A stretch of DNA of 61,708 nt, counting the filler, from Chiloscyllium plagiosum (taxonomy: Eukaryota), in NCBI RefSeq assembly GCF_004010195.1. It is 5 parts of one record of this genome, joined end to end, with 100 filler letters (N's around TTAATTAATTAA, not from the genome) between each part and the next. Parts side by side here need not be neighbours in the genome. Positions count along the whole stretch, not along the records: positions 1 to 18,162 come from NC_057712.1; positions 18,263 to 30,989 come from NC_057712.1; 3 more parts are not named here. One strand, given 5' to 3'. This document shows, one piece after another, positions 12,838 through 25,109 of this stretch. The notes beneath the pieces are model-generated. The model was not told the origin of the DNA. It worked only from the letters and a program-made list of their open reading frames with translations, and made no database searches. Every line of letters begins with the position of its first letter. Positions within the stretch are counted from its first letter, which is position 1. The translations under genes and the position numbers were made by a program.

Positions 12838-13224
12838 AATATGCACATGAGTTTTGGACATCCTGTTCACTTGGAGGGAACTGGATCAGTGTCAAGGACT
12901 CTCCATGTGTAAATAAAGGGGGACTTGGTAATGTCTCTGGAGTTATTTCAGCAACCTCTTAACACTTGAGTCAATCAAGTGTTCTGTTGTCCTGGCTATA
13001 TTCATAACTACAAGAGATCTTGAAATATGATGGTGTTTAGTTACAAGTCTGCCAGTAAAATTTAATATGTGGCAATCTGGAATAAATAAATATTTACACA
13101 TTATTTTAATTTTTGTTGTTACCCCATATTTTCCTGCCTTAACATTCCCTACCTTCACCCTGCAAATGGGTTTCTGGGCTTCTGGACAATGACTTCCAAC
13201 AATAATAGGGAAGGCATTTAGAAT

Positions 13225-13845
13225 TATTTCCTTTATTGATCAGAGCATCGTGTAGAGGAGTTGGGACATCATTGGTTAGGCCACTTTTGGAATATTGCAC
13301 ATAGTTCTGGTCTCCTTCCTATCAGAAGGACATTGTGAAACTTGAAAGGATTCAGAAAAGATTTACAAGGATGTTGCCAGGGTTGGAGGATTTGAACCAT
13401 AGGGAGAGGCGGAATAGGCTGGGGCTGTTTTCCCTGGAGCATCGGGGGCTGAGGGGTGACCTCATAGAGGTTTATAAAATCATGATGGGCATGGACAGGG
13501 TAAACAAGATCTTTCCTTGGGGTGGGGAAGTCCAGAACTAGAGGGTATAGGTTTAGTGTGAGAGGGTAAAGATATAAAAGGGACCTAAAGGGGCAATGTT
13601 TTCATGCAGAGAATGGTGTATGTGTGTGTGTGTGTGGAATGAGCAGCCAGACAAAGTGATGGAGGCTGGGACAATTATAGCATTTAAAAGGCGCTGGATG
13701 GGTACATGAATAGAAAGGGTTTAGAGGGATATGAGCCAAGTGCTGGCAAATAGGACTAGATTAGGTTAGGCTATCTGGTCAGCATTGACGAGTTGGACTG
13801 AAGGGCCTGTTTCCCTGTTGTACATCTCTGACTCTCTGATTCTAA
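13225..13845 (+). mobile_element. CR1/HER1 LINE 3' end
   Basis: KLERIQKRFTRMLPGLEDLNHRERRNRLGLFSLEHRGLRGDLIEVYKIM; (CTCTGA)n-like tail. Confidence 0.9.
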
Positions 13846-14195
13846 TTCTTTTTGGAATTTTGCAAATAATTGAAGGTCATTGATCACAGCACTGAGATAA
13901 AAAAATATAAGGCTAGTGATAAAGTTTACTGGGGCATGTGTATTAAATATATAATTAAAATTAACCTTGTCAGGCAGAGAGGCGTAGACTAGAATATGAG
14001 AGTGAGAGTCATGTTTCCTTTACGCAGCTGAAGTCTGTCCCTACACTTAGTTTGTATTCTTCACAGAAACGTTGGCACATATTTCCATTGACTGTCTTCA
14101 GAAATAGAATATGATCAGCTGTGTGAAAGACTTTGACCAATCTGCGAAGGAAAGGTATTGGGTGGAAATTGTTAAAACAAAACATTTGGAACCAG

Positions 14196-14342
14196 TAAAA
14201 ACCGAAAGGACTGTCTATGCTGTAAATTAGAAATAAAAACAGAAATTGCTGGAAGGGTCATTGGACTTGAAACATTAAGTCAATTTCTCTCCATAGATGC
14301 TGCCAGACCTGCTGAGTTTTTCCCAGCAATTTCTATTTTCTG
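14196..14342. mobile_element. Short fold-back insertion of a second PLE-terminus family with TSD
   Basis: Arms CAGAAATTGCTGG / CCAGCAATTTCT; hammerhead remnant GAAGGGTC-ATTG-GACTT-GAAACATT; ATTTGGAACCAG at 14184-14195 and 14343-14354. Confidence 0.7.
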
Positions 14343-16964
14343 ATTTGGAACCAGGAGTTTTCCAAAACATACTCGTATTGTGCCACAGCTGATCTAATTC
14401 CCACAACCTTGCAGACTTTTGACTTATTTAATCAGCTCTAAACAATTCATTTTCTAAAGTTACCAGTTCGTTTATATCCCTTACATAACTAAGTGCTACT
14501 GGAGAGAACCAAAACACTTTGCAACCAAGAGTTTTTCAATAATGCTGATGTTCAGAACAGTGTGTGCTTTGTTATTTTTGTCATTTTGTTCAGTCTAAAG
14601 AGAGAGCAATAAATGGGCTTCTCTGCTTTTAGAACCCATTACTACATTGAACATGCAAAGATAAAAGCAAACTGACTGCAGAGTAGACCATTTTTACTGT
14701 CGCCCACTGGGTACCTTATGCCTCCCATTATTCCACTTTTCCGCACCAGCCACCACATCTCCTCGCATTTTGTACTTAATTGCAAGTACTTTTGTGAAGT
14801 GAGCTCACATAATATCAGAGAGGCAGCAGTGAAGAGTTGAATACCAATGATTTGACAATGACCCCATGTGTGAGTTACAAGGATCATATCGAACACTCTG
14901 CCACTAAGGCTGTTGTTTGGAGTTTCTGGTGAAACTGTTATTTGAAAAGTTCTTCAATTTAAGAGTTTGTAAGAACCTGTATTGTGGGAATTCAAGCTGC
15001 CTATGTCTCACTGAGGATGAAAATAGAATCAACTGAGAAGAATCTTCATATGCCATGAGCAGTGGAGATATTTCATTGCTCCTGGCAAAGACTGAGATCA
15101 AAAAAAACATTGAACTGATTTATTAGGAGGAATTGTACTCTCCACTGAAATGGCAGATATAAGTGTGTGCTGATTACAATTTCTTTTTGCCCTGGAATCA
15201 TTTGCAGTTTACTATGGAGCATATCATTGATAAAATATTTTGTGCAAACAAGGAGAAGTATTCATTATAAGTTAGATTCACATTTTTGATTCCTTTGTGC
15301 TCTGGTGTTGTAATGTTGCTTGGAGCATACCTTTGCTGTTGGGCATTATTCCACCTGTACCATGTAGTTACATTGCTGTAGGCTGTACCTTCTGTTTCTG
15401 ACCTGTGATAAGACTGACATTCAAACCTGTACCAAGTTTAAAATTACTGTGATGTCCGTTAACATAATTTCTATCAAATGCAAATTGACTAGATCATCAG
15501 TTCCCCTTGGGAGTAGAGGGCATCTTTTCAATAGTGGTCTAAAGTGGGCATCTTTTTTCTAATAAAGGAAGGCTTCTGTATGAATATGCATTTGGATTTT
15601 TGCTGAGCCAATATTTTTGCCCTGCCTCTGATCATCATCTGGCAGTGACCTATAGTTTTGTCATAGCTGAGCACTGCTTGAGTCTGTGAGGCTACGGTTT
15701 TTCAGAATGTTGACTCTGACCCTTCTGTATCTGTTAATTTACCTAATTTGTGTATTGACTTGTCCTGTGTCTACAGAGAGATTGTATCTTAAAATGCATA
15801 GATTGTATTGCTGTGCTCTGGTGGTGTGTCCTTCTCATTGTTGGATATCCTTGGATGGGAAGACTCTCAAATGTCAATGGTCCCTCAGATTATAATTTAA
15901 TCTGACAAAGGCACCTCAATTATCCCAACAAGTGTTCTGTCTCTCATGAATACTGATTCCCCAATTGTATAGTCATAGTTCTTTACTAATTTGAAAAGAC
16001 CATTAATGAAATTATCCATGGATTTCCTCTGAATGTTGAACTCTTCTCTTTAAATATTGTCCATCCAAGATTTCTTTTGTTCTCTGAATTAAAATAATCC
16101 AGTCAAAAGTTGTTAGAAGTATTTGCCCTTTTTTAATATTGTGGGGATTTATGACATCACCTGTTCCTATTAAATGCAATATTGTATTTACTGCATCAGC
16201 TTAAGATCAAGTATTTGATTTTGAAACAATTCCATATTTTAAATATTATTTTCTCTTGGGATGTCCACTCCTTCGTCTTGTTTGGCCCAACTGACATTAA
16301 ATCTCGATGGCAATATATGTTTCCTGTCATTCTTTTTTTAGTTCTTTTTGTACTTTTATTATCACTGCGAAGACATTTTAAAATCTTTAGTATCTCGATG
16401 CTTTGCTTTATTTAAACAAATTTAATGGTTCTGCAATGCTGATGACATTAAAGTTTATAATTTTGCATTAAAACAATGATAATTTAATCCCCTTTCCATA
16501 AATCATCCCAGGACTATTGCACATCCTTGCCTGAAAATCTTTTGAACTATATTGCAGCAATATTCTTGCAACGAATATTTTAATTTTTTTTGTGTAACAA
16601 TGTATTTTGATTTTGTAAACTGGGGATTTTTCCAATTTCTATCCAATCAGAATAGTAGGTTCCTGCTTTCTGAATATGCTCTGACCTTTTGCAACGATAC
16701 TGGAAGTTTCCCTTTTGTGGGCAAAATGAATGTTTTCCAACTTTTCCTGATCTAAATTGCAATGCTAATTCTTTGCACAATATTTAAAATGAATGTGTGT
16801 AGTTGTGGTCTTAACAAATATTTTTTGCAAAAATTGTGGTGTAAATTATGTATGTTGGCATCTGATCAGAATCCCAAAATTCTCTAATTACTCTCTTCCC
16901 TTTGACTCGAGGTGGTTAGGGTGGAGTTCTCCTACTGCTCCTTTAAAAACAAATTGTTTGGTGA

Positions 16965-17295
16965 TGCTAAGTTATGGGGGGGGCTTTAAACTTGGACCTT
17001 CTGACCAAGAGGCATTGACACTTTTACTGTGCCACAGGAACCCCATGGAAACCTCCTTTTCTAAAAATATTTTTAATCCTCTTGTTTGGATTTGTTATTA
17101 TGCATTCTGAGGCAGGTGGAACTTGAATTTTTGACCTAGATGGATGGATATTAGGATTGTGCCGCCAGATCAAAAAATAATTTTGAAGAACCTGTTTCAA
17201 CATGTTATGACAGATCTAGTTGGCAGGTGGAACCTCATCACTGACCTAATGGGCCAGAGGTAGGGGCACTACCACTGTATTACAAGAGCCCCATG
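16965..17295 (-). repeat. Three degenerate tandem tRNA-like SINE heads
   Basis: Units of about 130 bp with A-box-like TGGCACAGTAA / TAATACAGTGG and B-box-like remnants; units 1 and 3 both abut CCCCATGGAA. Confidence 0.45.
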
Positions 17296-17919
17296 GAATC
17301 CTACCTGTGATTAAGTCGAAGGGTTTACCTAATCAGCACTGGTGGGGGGTGAACCCCTCTTGAATCTTAACAAGAAAAGGCATTTGTCTTACACTAAGTA
17401 CACTCTTTTGTTATACGGTAGCTGGGGACACCAGTTACGTTGATTAGTCAGATATAATTACAAAGACTCTCGGGATCCAGAAATGATGCATCTGTTTTTA
17501 CTGGGACCTTTTATGTTAGATGACTTCTTCTCCACCAAAGTATCATCAAACTGACAGGAGCTTAATGCGGTGTCCGTATCAACCATACCATAGACAACTC
17601 CCACTTTCCTTATTCAGTTGGTGAAATTTTGTCAACAATGTCAACATTTCTTTTGCAGTCTGCATCTTTAAGGATATTTATTAGAAAAATCCAAATACAC
17701 ATAAGGATTTTTATAGCACCTTTAGTATTGCAAATGATCTCAAAGCCTGATATTCAAAAGAGCAGCTAGCTTATGGACAGTTACAAGAAGTAGGAAACCA
17801 CTCCTGAATTGTATTTAATCTTAAAACCAAAATTTGACTCCTCCATTTTTCTTACTCTGGTCTACTTTGTATCTCCTACTGTACCACTAGGGGTGAAGTT
17901 TACAGAAAATGTAAAACTC

Positions 17920-18162
17920 AGACATATCATAGCAATTACACAAACATGGCTCAGGGATGGGCAGGATTGGCAGCTTAATGTTCCATGATACAATTGCTAC
18001 AGGAAGGATAGAAAGGGAGGCAAGAGAGGAGGGGGAGTGGCATTTTTGATAAGGGATAGCATTACAGCTGTGCTGAGGGAGGATATTCCTGGAAATACAT
18101 CCAGGGAAGTTATTTGGGTGGAACTGAGAAATAAGAAAGGGATGATCACCTTATTGGGATTG
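17920..18162 (+). mobile_element. CR1 LINE ORF2 endonuclease fragment, cut by contig end
   Basis: Near-identical to 55650-55890 (RKDRKGGKRGGGVAFLIRDSITAV...ELRNKKGMITLLGL). Confidence 0.85.
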
Positions 18163-18262
18163 NNNNNNNNNNNNNNNNNNNNNNNNNNNNNNNNNNNNNN
18201 NNNNNNTTAATTAATTAANNNNNNNNNNNNNNNNNNNNNNNNNNNNNNNNNNNNNNNNNNNN
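18163..18262. other. Artificial contig linker (44 N + TTAATTAATTAA + 44 N)
   Basis: Identical 100-bp structure four times in the window; the palindromic 12-mer gives a stop in all six frames. Confidence 0.95.
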
Positions 18263-18465
18263 TCTAACACCCTCACCTTAACCTCCTTCCACCTATTGTG
18301 TTCCCAACGCTCCTCCCCCAAGTCCCTCCTCCCTACCTTTTATCTTAGCCTGCTGGACACACTTTCCTCATTCCTGAAGAAGGGCTTATGCCCGAAACGT
18401 CGATTCTCCTGCTCCTTAGATGCTGCCTGACCTGCTGCGCTTTTCGAGCAACACATTTTTCAGCT
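18263..18465 (+). mobile_element. PLE 3' terminus
   Basis: Near-identical to 465-665. Confidence 0.85.
18374..18401 (+). ncRNA. Minimal hammerhead ribozyme motif, intact core
   Basis: CTGAAGA-A-GGGC-TTAT-GCCC-GAAAC-GTC: CUGANGA and GAAA boxes, 4-bp stem II, GUC cleavage triplet, stem III reduced to palindromic ACGT. Confidence 0.75.
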
Positions 18466-19935
18466 AGGGAGATCATGTCTCACTAACTTGATTTTGTTTT
18501 TTGAGGGTGTGACTAAGAAGATAGATGAGGACAAAGCAGTCGACATTCTCTTCATGGAATTTAACAAAACCTTTGACAAGGTTCCATATGGTTAGTAAAG
18601 TTTGATCACATGGGATTCAGAGAGAGCTTGCCGATTGGATACAATATTGGCTTGAAAGTAGGAGACAGAGGGTGATGGTGGAGGGTTGTTTTTCAGACTG
18701 GAGGGCAATGACCAGCAGTGTTCCGCAGGAATGAATGCTGGGTCCACTGCTGTTTGTCATTTATATAAATGATTTGGATGAGAATAAAGAAGGCATGGTT
18801 AGGAAGTTTGTAGATAACGCCAAAAGTAATGGTATAGTGGGTAGTGAAGAAGGTTATCTAAGAGTGCAATAGGAGTTTGATCAACTGGGCCAATGGGTTG
18901 CAGCAGATGGAGTTTAATTCAGATAAATGCAAAGTGTTGTATTTTGCTAAGACCACAAGGGCAGGACTTACATAGTCAATGGTTGGGCCCTGGGACTGTT
19001 GTGAAACAGAGAGTCGGAGGGGTTCAGGTACACAGCTCCTTAAAATGGCATCACAAGTAGACAGGGCAGTAAAGGTGGCATTTGGCATCCTTGCCTTTCT
19101 TGGTCACAGTTTTGAATATAGGAGTTGGGATGTCATGTTGCAGTTGTACAGTTGATTGGTGAGGCCACTTTTGGAATATTGTGTACAGTTCTGATTGCCC
19201 TTATATAGGAAGGATATTATTAAATTGGAAAGGGCACAGAAAAGATTTATCAGGATATTGCCAGGACTGGAGAGTTTGAGTTTTGAGGAGAGATTGGGTG
19301 GAACACATAGTACAGGAGTAGACCCTTGGGCCTGCCTTATCTGTGCTGACCATGCTGCCATACTAAACTAAAGGCTGGGAATGTTTCCCTGGAACTCAGG
19401 GGGTTGAGAGGTGACTTTATAGACGTTATATGAGGGGTATAGACAAGGTGAATAGCAAAGGTCTTTTCCCCAGGGTAAGGGAGTTCAAAACTAGAGGGCA
19501 TAATTTTAAGGTGAGAGGAAAAAGATTTGAAAGTGACCAGAAGGGCAACATTTTCACACAGAGGTTATCCTGTAGAAGACCATAAGACATTGGAGCAAAA
19601 ATTAGGCCATTCGGCCCATCGAATCTGCTCCGCTATTCAATCATGGCTGATAAGTTTCTCAACCCCATTCTCCCGCTTTCTCCCTACAACCTTGATCCCC
19701 TTGGCAATCAAGAACCAATCTATCTCTGTCTTATAAGAATAAACTGCCAAAGGAAATGGTAGATGCAGGTACAGTTACAACATTTAAAGGACATTTGGAT
19801 AAGCACATGATTAGGAAAGGTTTAGAAGGGTATTGGCCAAATGCAGGCAGGTAGGACTAGTTTAATTTGGGAGACCTAGTCAGCATGGACTGGTTGGACT
19901 GAGGAGCCTGTTTCTGTGCTGAATGACTCCATGGT
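18466..19935 (+). mobile_element. CR1 LINE RT and 3' end, degenerate, with an antisense CR1 tail inserted at about 19575-19735
   Basis: [43 protein letters not shown]; 3' tail near 19930. Confidence 0.85.
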
Positions 19936-19970
19936 AGAATATATGGTAAAGTGGGTGATAATTTAAAGGT

Positions 19971-20092
19971 GCTGAAAAATGTGTTGCTGGAAAAGCGCAG
20001 CAAGTCAGGCAGCATCCAAGGAGCAGGGGAATTGACGTTTCGGGCATAAGCCCTCTGATCTCTGGCATCTGCAGTCCTCACTTTCTCCGAGT
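19971..20092. mobile_element. Short rearranged PLE-terminus insertion with TSD
   Basis: Minus-strand terminus with truncated hammerhead joined to the plus-strand extreme end; TGATAATTTAAAGGT at 19956-19970 and 20093-20107. Confidence 0.8.
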
Positions 20093-20854
20093 TGATAATT
20101 TAAAGGTTGCAATTTCTCCCATCCATCAGTGATACTGCCACGTTGGTAAAACCAACCTTGGATTCATGGCATGGAAATCCAGAACAATGGATGTTCTCCA
20201 CATGGGCTCCATGGTATTCCTAAACATCACTGACATTGGCCATCTCTCTAAGATTTACCAGAGTGCTGCCAACGAGAAAAATATCAGAATAACGATCTTG
20301 TTTAAATGACAGATAAAAGCTGATGGCTCACTTCAATTTAAATTATATCAGATCCAAGACCAAGTTTCAGACGTGCCTCGGCCCGCCTGGTTCAGGATCT
20401 CTGGGCATGGAGGAACAATTTGTTCTGATTTTTTTATCTTATTTAATCTAATCATTTAAGAGCTAAGAAGCAAGTTTCTGGCAGAATTGTCAGTTTGGAA
20501 TCCAAGGATGAATTTTAGTATTTGGTGACCAACCATTGCAGCCTAGCCAGGTTCCCATAGCCATGCCAAAGAGTTGGCTATGCTATTGAGCCACTATCTT
20601 CCTTTAACAGCAGGTGCATGGACCATGAGCCATCAAAAGGGAATCCTGATGCCTCTTGCTTCCCAAACTCAGACGTATCAGTTATCAACAGTGTGATTGC
20701 AGGAAGTGGGAACATGGAGAATAGAATCGAGTAGAGTAAGGTTCCCCAGTTACATCACCTACACTATTTTTGTGAGCCACTTTTGCTCTTCTACACTGAA
20801 CCAAAATAAATTCAAACTTTACCTCAGCTGGGCCTTGGCTAAGTTCACTCTTAG

Positions 20855-20950
20855 CTGAAAATGTGTTGCTGGAAAAGCGCAGCAGGTCAGGCAGCATCCA
20901 GGGAACAGGAGAATCGACGTTTCGGGCATAAGCCCTTCTTCAGGAGTGAA
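20855..20950 (-). mobile_element. Short PLE-terminus insertion with 16-bp TSD
   Basis: CTAAGTTCACTCTTAG at 20839-20854 and 20951-20966 flanks one minus-strand terminus. Confidence 0.8.
20916..20943 (-). ncRNA. Minimal hammerhead ribozyme motif, intact core
   Basis: Reverse complement reads CTGAAGA-A-GGGC-TTAT-GCCC-GAAAC-GTC. Confidence 0.75.
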
Positions 20951-21489
20951 CTAAGTTCACTCTTAGTTCCAAGAAATTCCAAATCTAATCAGATTTTTAA
21001 ATTCATGTGCTGAAGAATTGAGTGTATTTCCCAGATCAAACCTGGATATATTCTTGTTCGATACACACACTGTAGTACGCACACTGGATACTTCTGCCTT
21101 CCTAAATCAGATTAGAATAATATACCAATCTTCTTGTTTTGAAAAAAAACTGTCTTGATATATCATCATGAAGATGATATAATTTCTTTTAATTGAATAA
21201 CAAGTAATAAGGTGTTCAATTTTGTTAAAAAGCCATATTCTATAGATTGCTTTTTTTATTCAAAAGCAGTTGATGATAAAATATGTCTGTTTTCTGAACG
21301 TAATCAGCATATGGTGTGGTCTAAGAGAGACTTTTCATAAAGCTCTGATATTTGAATTTGAAACTGTGATTATTTTGAAATTCTGGGAGCCATGGGACCT
21401 CACATTGACAGTAGGTGTCTGTGAGGAAAGCCCACATGTTTTTGAACAAGGTTAATGCTGAATTAGATTGAGAAATATCAACCTAAATT

Positions 21490-23110
21490 AGTGCCAGAGA
21501 CAAAACCCAGACAAACACCAAATCCCAAGGATTTTAATCAAGTCACAAAATGGGGTGACTATTACTGCACTGGAAGAGATCACACCAACACCGGCAGGAC
21601 AAAGGCTTTCAACAAACAGTATCACAAGTAGTTTCAGGAACATGAAGCTTGATAGGGAATCTTCACTATTGACAACATTTAACACACTCTTTGGTACAAC
21701 ATCTTCATCTATCTTTTTGTTCTTAAACCAAGCCAGGATGTGTTCTAGTAGAAAATAGACAAGACATACATTGGATGGAAAGGACCAGTCAGTGTGATAA
21801 TATCCAGAGCTATGGAATGGATGATAAAAAACATAACTATCACCACATGAAGACCATGGAGACAATAAAGAAAGCTGGGATCAAGCTCAATACAGAGAAC
21901 TGCAATGTGAAGATGTCAGAATACACATCACTGACTGAGATAGAAATAGAAAGGTTGAGGAAGGGGAGGGAGGAATCTGAGACTGTCCAGGTGAATTTGA
22001 GGTCGGGGTGGAAGGTGTTGGTGAAGTGGATGAACTGTTCAACCTCCTCGTGGGAGCACGAGGCGATGCCGATACAGTCATGGATGTTGCGGAGGAAAAG
22101 GTGGGGGGTGGGTCAGTGTAGTTGCGGAAGATGGATTGTTCCACATATCCTACGAAGAGGCAGACATAGCTGGGGTCCATGCGGGTGCCCATGGCTACTC
22201 CTTTTGTTTGGAGGAAGTGGGAGGATTGGAAAGAGATTCCGTGTTGATTCGGTCGCCTGAGATAGAAATAGAGAGGTCGAGGAAGGGGAGGGAGGAATCT
22301 GGGACTGTCCAGGTGAATTTGAGGTCGGGGTGGAAGGTGTTGGTGAAGTGGATGAACTGTTCAACCTCCTCGTGGGAGCACGAGGCGGCGCCGATACAGT
22401 CATCAATGTAGCGGAGGAAAAGGTGGGGGGTGGGGCCAGTGTAGTTGCGGAAGATGGATTGTTCCACATATCCACATATCCTACGAAGAGGCAGCAACAC
22501 ATTTCCATCTCTGATCTCCAGCATCTGCAGACCTCACTTTCTCCCCAAGGACTTTAATCAAGTCACAAAATGGGGTGACTATCACTGCACTGGAAGAGAT
22601 CACACCAACACCGGCAGGACAAAGGCTTTCAACAAACAGTATCACAAATAGTTTCAGGAACATGAAGCTTGATAGGGAATCTTCACTATTGACAACATTT
22701 AACACACTCTTTGGTACAACATCTTCAATCTATCTTTTGTTCTTAAAGCAAGCCAGGATGTGTTCCAGTAGAAAATAGGCAAGACATACATTGGATGGAA
22801 AGGACCAGTCAGTGTGATAATATCCAGAGCTATGGAATGGATGATAAAAAACATAACTATCACCACATGAAGACCATGGAGACAATAAAGAAAGCTGGGA
22901 TCAAGCTCAATACAGAGAACTGCAATGTGAAGATGTCAGAATACACATCACTGACAGCTTCAACAGTTTCTGAAAAACTCATAGCTATCTCTAATATAGA
23001 AGCTCCAAGAGACAAACAGGTGAGGAGAAGTTTCCTTGACTTTACGCAGCACCTGAGTTCTTTCATACCTCACGGATCAGATCACATAGCAAACCTGTGA
23101 GAGCTGATAA
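21490..23110 (+). mobile_element. Degenerate Gypsy RT remnant, partly duplicated (21524-21935 = 22544-22955)
   Basis: LEEITPT..., MKLDRESSLLTTFNTLFG, DNIQSYG, KAGIKLNTENC, EAPRDKQVRRSFL..HLSSFIPH.SDHIANL resemble Gypsy RT motifs. Confidence 0.75.
21936..22543 (-). mobile_element. Chimeric PLE insertion: two tandem RT fragments plus a terminal fragment
   Basis: Minus strand GVAMGTRM.PSYVCLFVGYVEQSIF (one copy) and ...YVEQSIFRNYT..HLFLRYIDDCIG...PFLDLSISIS (region present twice); 22495-22543 is the PLE extreme end in plus orientation. Confidence 0.8.
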
Positions 23111-25109
23111 GAGTTAGAAGACAAGAAAGTGAGTGTTAGCATTAAAGAGACGACAGATTAGTCAATTGTATTGTTATGTTAGGCAACATGCAAAACCAAA
23201 TGCATGGTTTGTAGTCAGGTTCTGAAATTGTCAAGGTTAATCTTAAAAATCACACAACACCAGGTAATATCACCCCAGTCCAACACCGGCACCCTCAAGA
23301 TCAATATTGTAAGACATGAAAGGGTCTTTAAAAAAATGGAAAAGGAATGAATTTGGAAAGTTCAGGCAACAAAAGAGGAAGATTTGCAGGGTAGGTCCAT
23401 GATGAAAAGAAGAAAATTATTAGCAGGGAAGATTGAACAGGCAAGGTAACAAGGAGAAAAGGGGCAATTAGAAGAAGCACTGTAAGCTGTCCAGTTTGAT
23501 GAGGAGGCATTAAAGAGAGAGATACAGTGCCTTCAGTCAAAACTTTCACAGCATCTGCTTTGAATAAAAGGACTTGAAAATGAAAAGAATATCAGTTCTG
23601 AGTTCAGACCACAAACTATTAAACTGCAGATGCAGCTTAACACAAGATCAGTTTTTGGGAATTATTTACAGGAGGCAATTAACATTCTGGACTTTCATTG
23701 ATGTATTTTCAAATCACATCATATACTGTGGACTGATATATTAATGGTTCTGGTTACTTATGAAGACATGCACAATAATATATCATTCCAAAATCACACT
23801 AGAATGGTATCAAAATATAATAGTTACCGACCCCATTTGAGGACATTATGCCTTAAAGCAAGGTGATGAAAGTTAAATTGAATTTGTAATGTTCATAGCT
23901 TCAAGTATTTCAGCAAAGCTTCACCTGCCCTGCTCAATGAGTTTCATTGTCTGATTTTTGGAATTTGGGATTGGAACTTTCCAGTGTGTGCATTGTTCTA
24001 TACAGCTATTCAGCTAGCACTGATGGAAAATACCGATTAGTCAACTTCTGTCACTAACAATTACATTGGGCAGAACCCCAGGGGGCTATAAATTGTTTAC
24101 TTTGATGGCAGGAATTCAATTATAATTAACTGGAACACTGTATTACAAAAAGAAACAACTACCCAAACCTATCTGCGCAGCTGTTAATTTTATGCTCTGA
24201 ACTAAATAAATTAATTGTCAGTTGCTTATAGTTATCATTATATTTCACAAACTTCAAATCCTATTATATCAAGTCAGGACAATGGGTAGATAATGAGAAA
24301 ATCAGTCCCCTTAAGGCAGTACCTTGAAATGACGTATCGACAAGGCAGAGTAATAGTACTGTTTGACACGGGGAGATGGCCGAGTAAAAACCAACATTTA
24401 ACCCCCAAATTCAGAAAACATCATACTTCTGTATAAGACGGAAACCATAAATTTTTGGTTCTGTATGCATCAGCCAATGATTTCTGTCAATGGTGAAAGG
24501 TTACAAGATATTCCCTGGCATTGCATCACAAAGTTAGAGATCACTGAGAGACAATTATGCATTGATATGACATTCCTGTCTGCAATTGTTACCAGGTTAA
24601 TATTATCAGTAAAACAACAAAGAAAAAATTACTACAGTCCTTATGAGAAGTGTTTTAATGAGAAGGAGAAACCCAGGATTTTGGGGGGATGTGGCAGAAC
24701 TAGCCAATTTTATAGCAACAGCTGATTTATGAATTTGGTTTTGTACTTGATAGTCAAGCTGACAATCTGGGGAAGCTAATGGCAGAAGACCTGAGAACAA
24801 TTCCAAGTAATACTGAGAGTTGGTTCATCTCAAGGATGAGATTTCAAGTGGGGAGGGGTTGGTTGATGTAGCAAAGAGAAGAGGTCATAACGTGCACCCG
24901 ATTTACTTGAGGGGTTAGGGCAGTACTCCTGTTCCACCTGACCTAGGCTTGCTCGACACAGCATTGTTTCAGCTGACCACTTTCATCTCCATTTAGCTGC
25001 TAGGTTCCTCAGGCCCCTGGAATAACATCCAGCTGCTACTACAGTCTCATCAATAATCATCTCTTGACAGCTTTGGGGATTCTGATTAAATGCACCATCT
25101 TGTAATGAT

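Larger units (their letters stand above)
11280..12950 (+). mobile_element. Internally deleted Gypsy/Ty3 LTR retrotransposon remnant (RNase H end, integrase, PPT, 3' LTR about 12423-12950)
   Basis: IQKWARIL...YKLEH..GGQTANADAL; integrase zinc-finger region RHYVWWPGLDGDVDVLLGQCPECQ; AGPFMGSMFLFVMD; purine tract GGGAGGGA then TGTAGT...AATAAA...TTATTTCA. Confidence 0.75.

Noticed and set aside
14067..14154. Splice-site-bounded segment as a coding exon
   Set aside because: Good acceptor and donor but stops in all three frames and no recognisable peptide
17520..17620. Possible exon (MTSSPPKYHQTDRSLMRCPY...)
   Set aside because: Weak donor, unrecognised peptide, no second line of evidence
18207..18218. 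TTAATTAATTAA as a piggyBac target or homeodomain site
   Set aside because: Centred in exactly 44 Ns on each side four times; assembly linker
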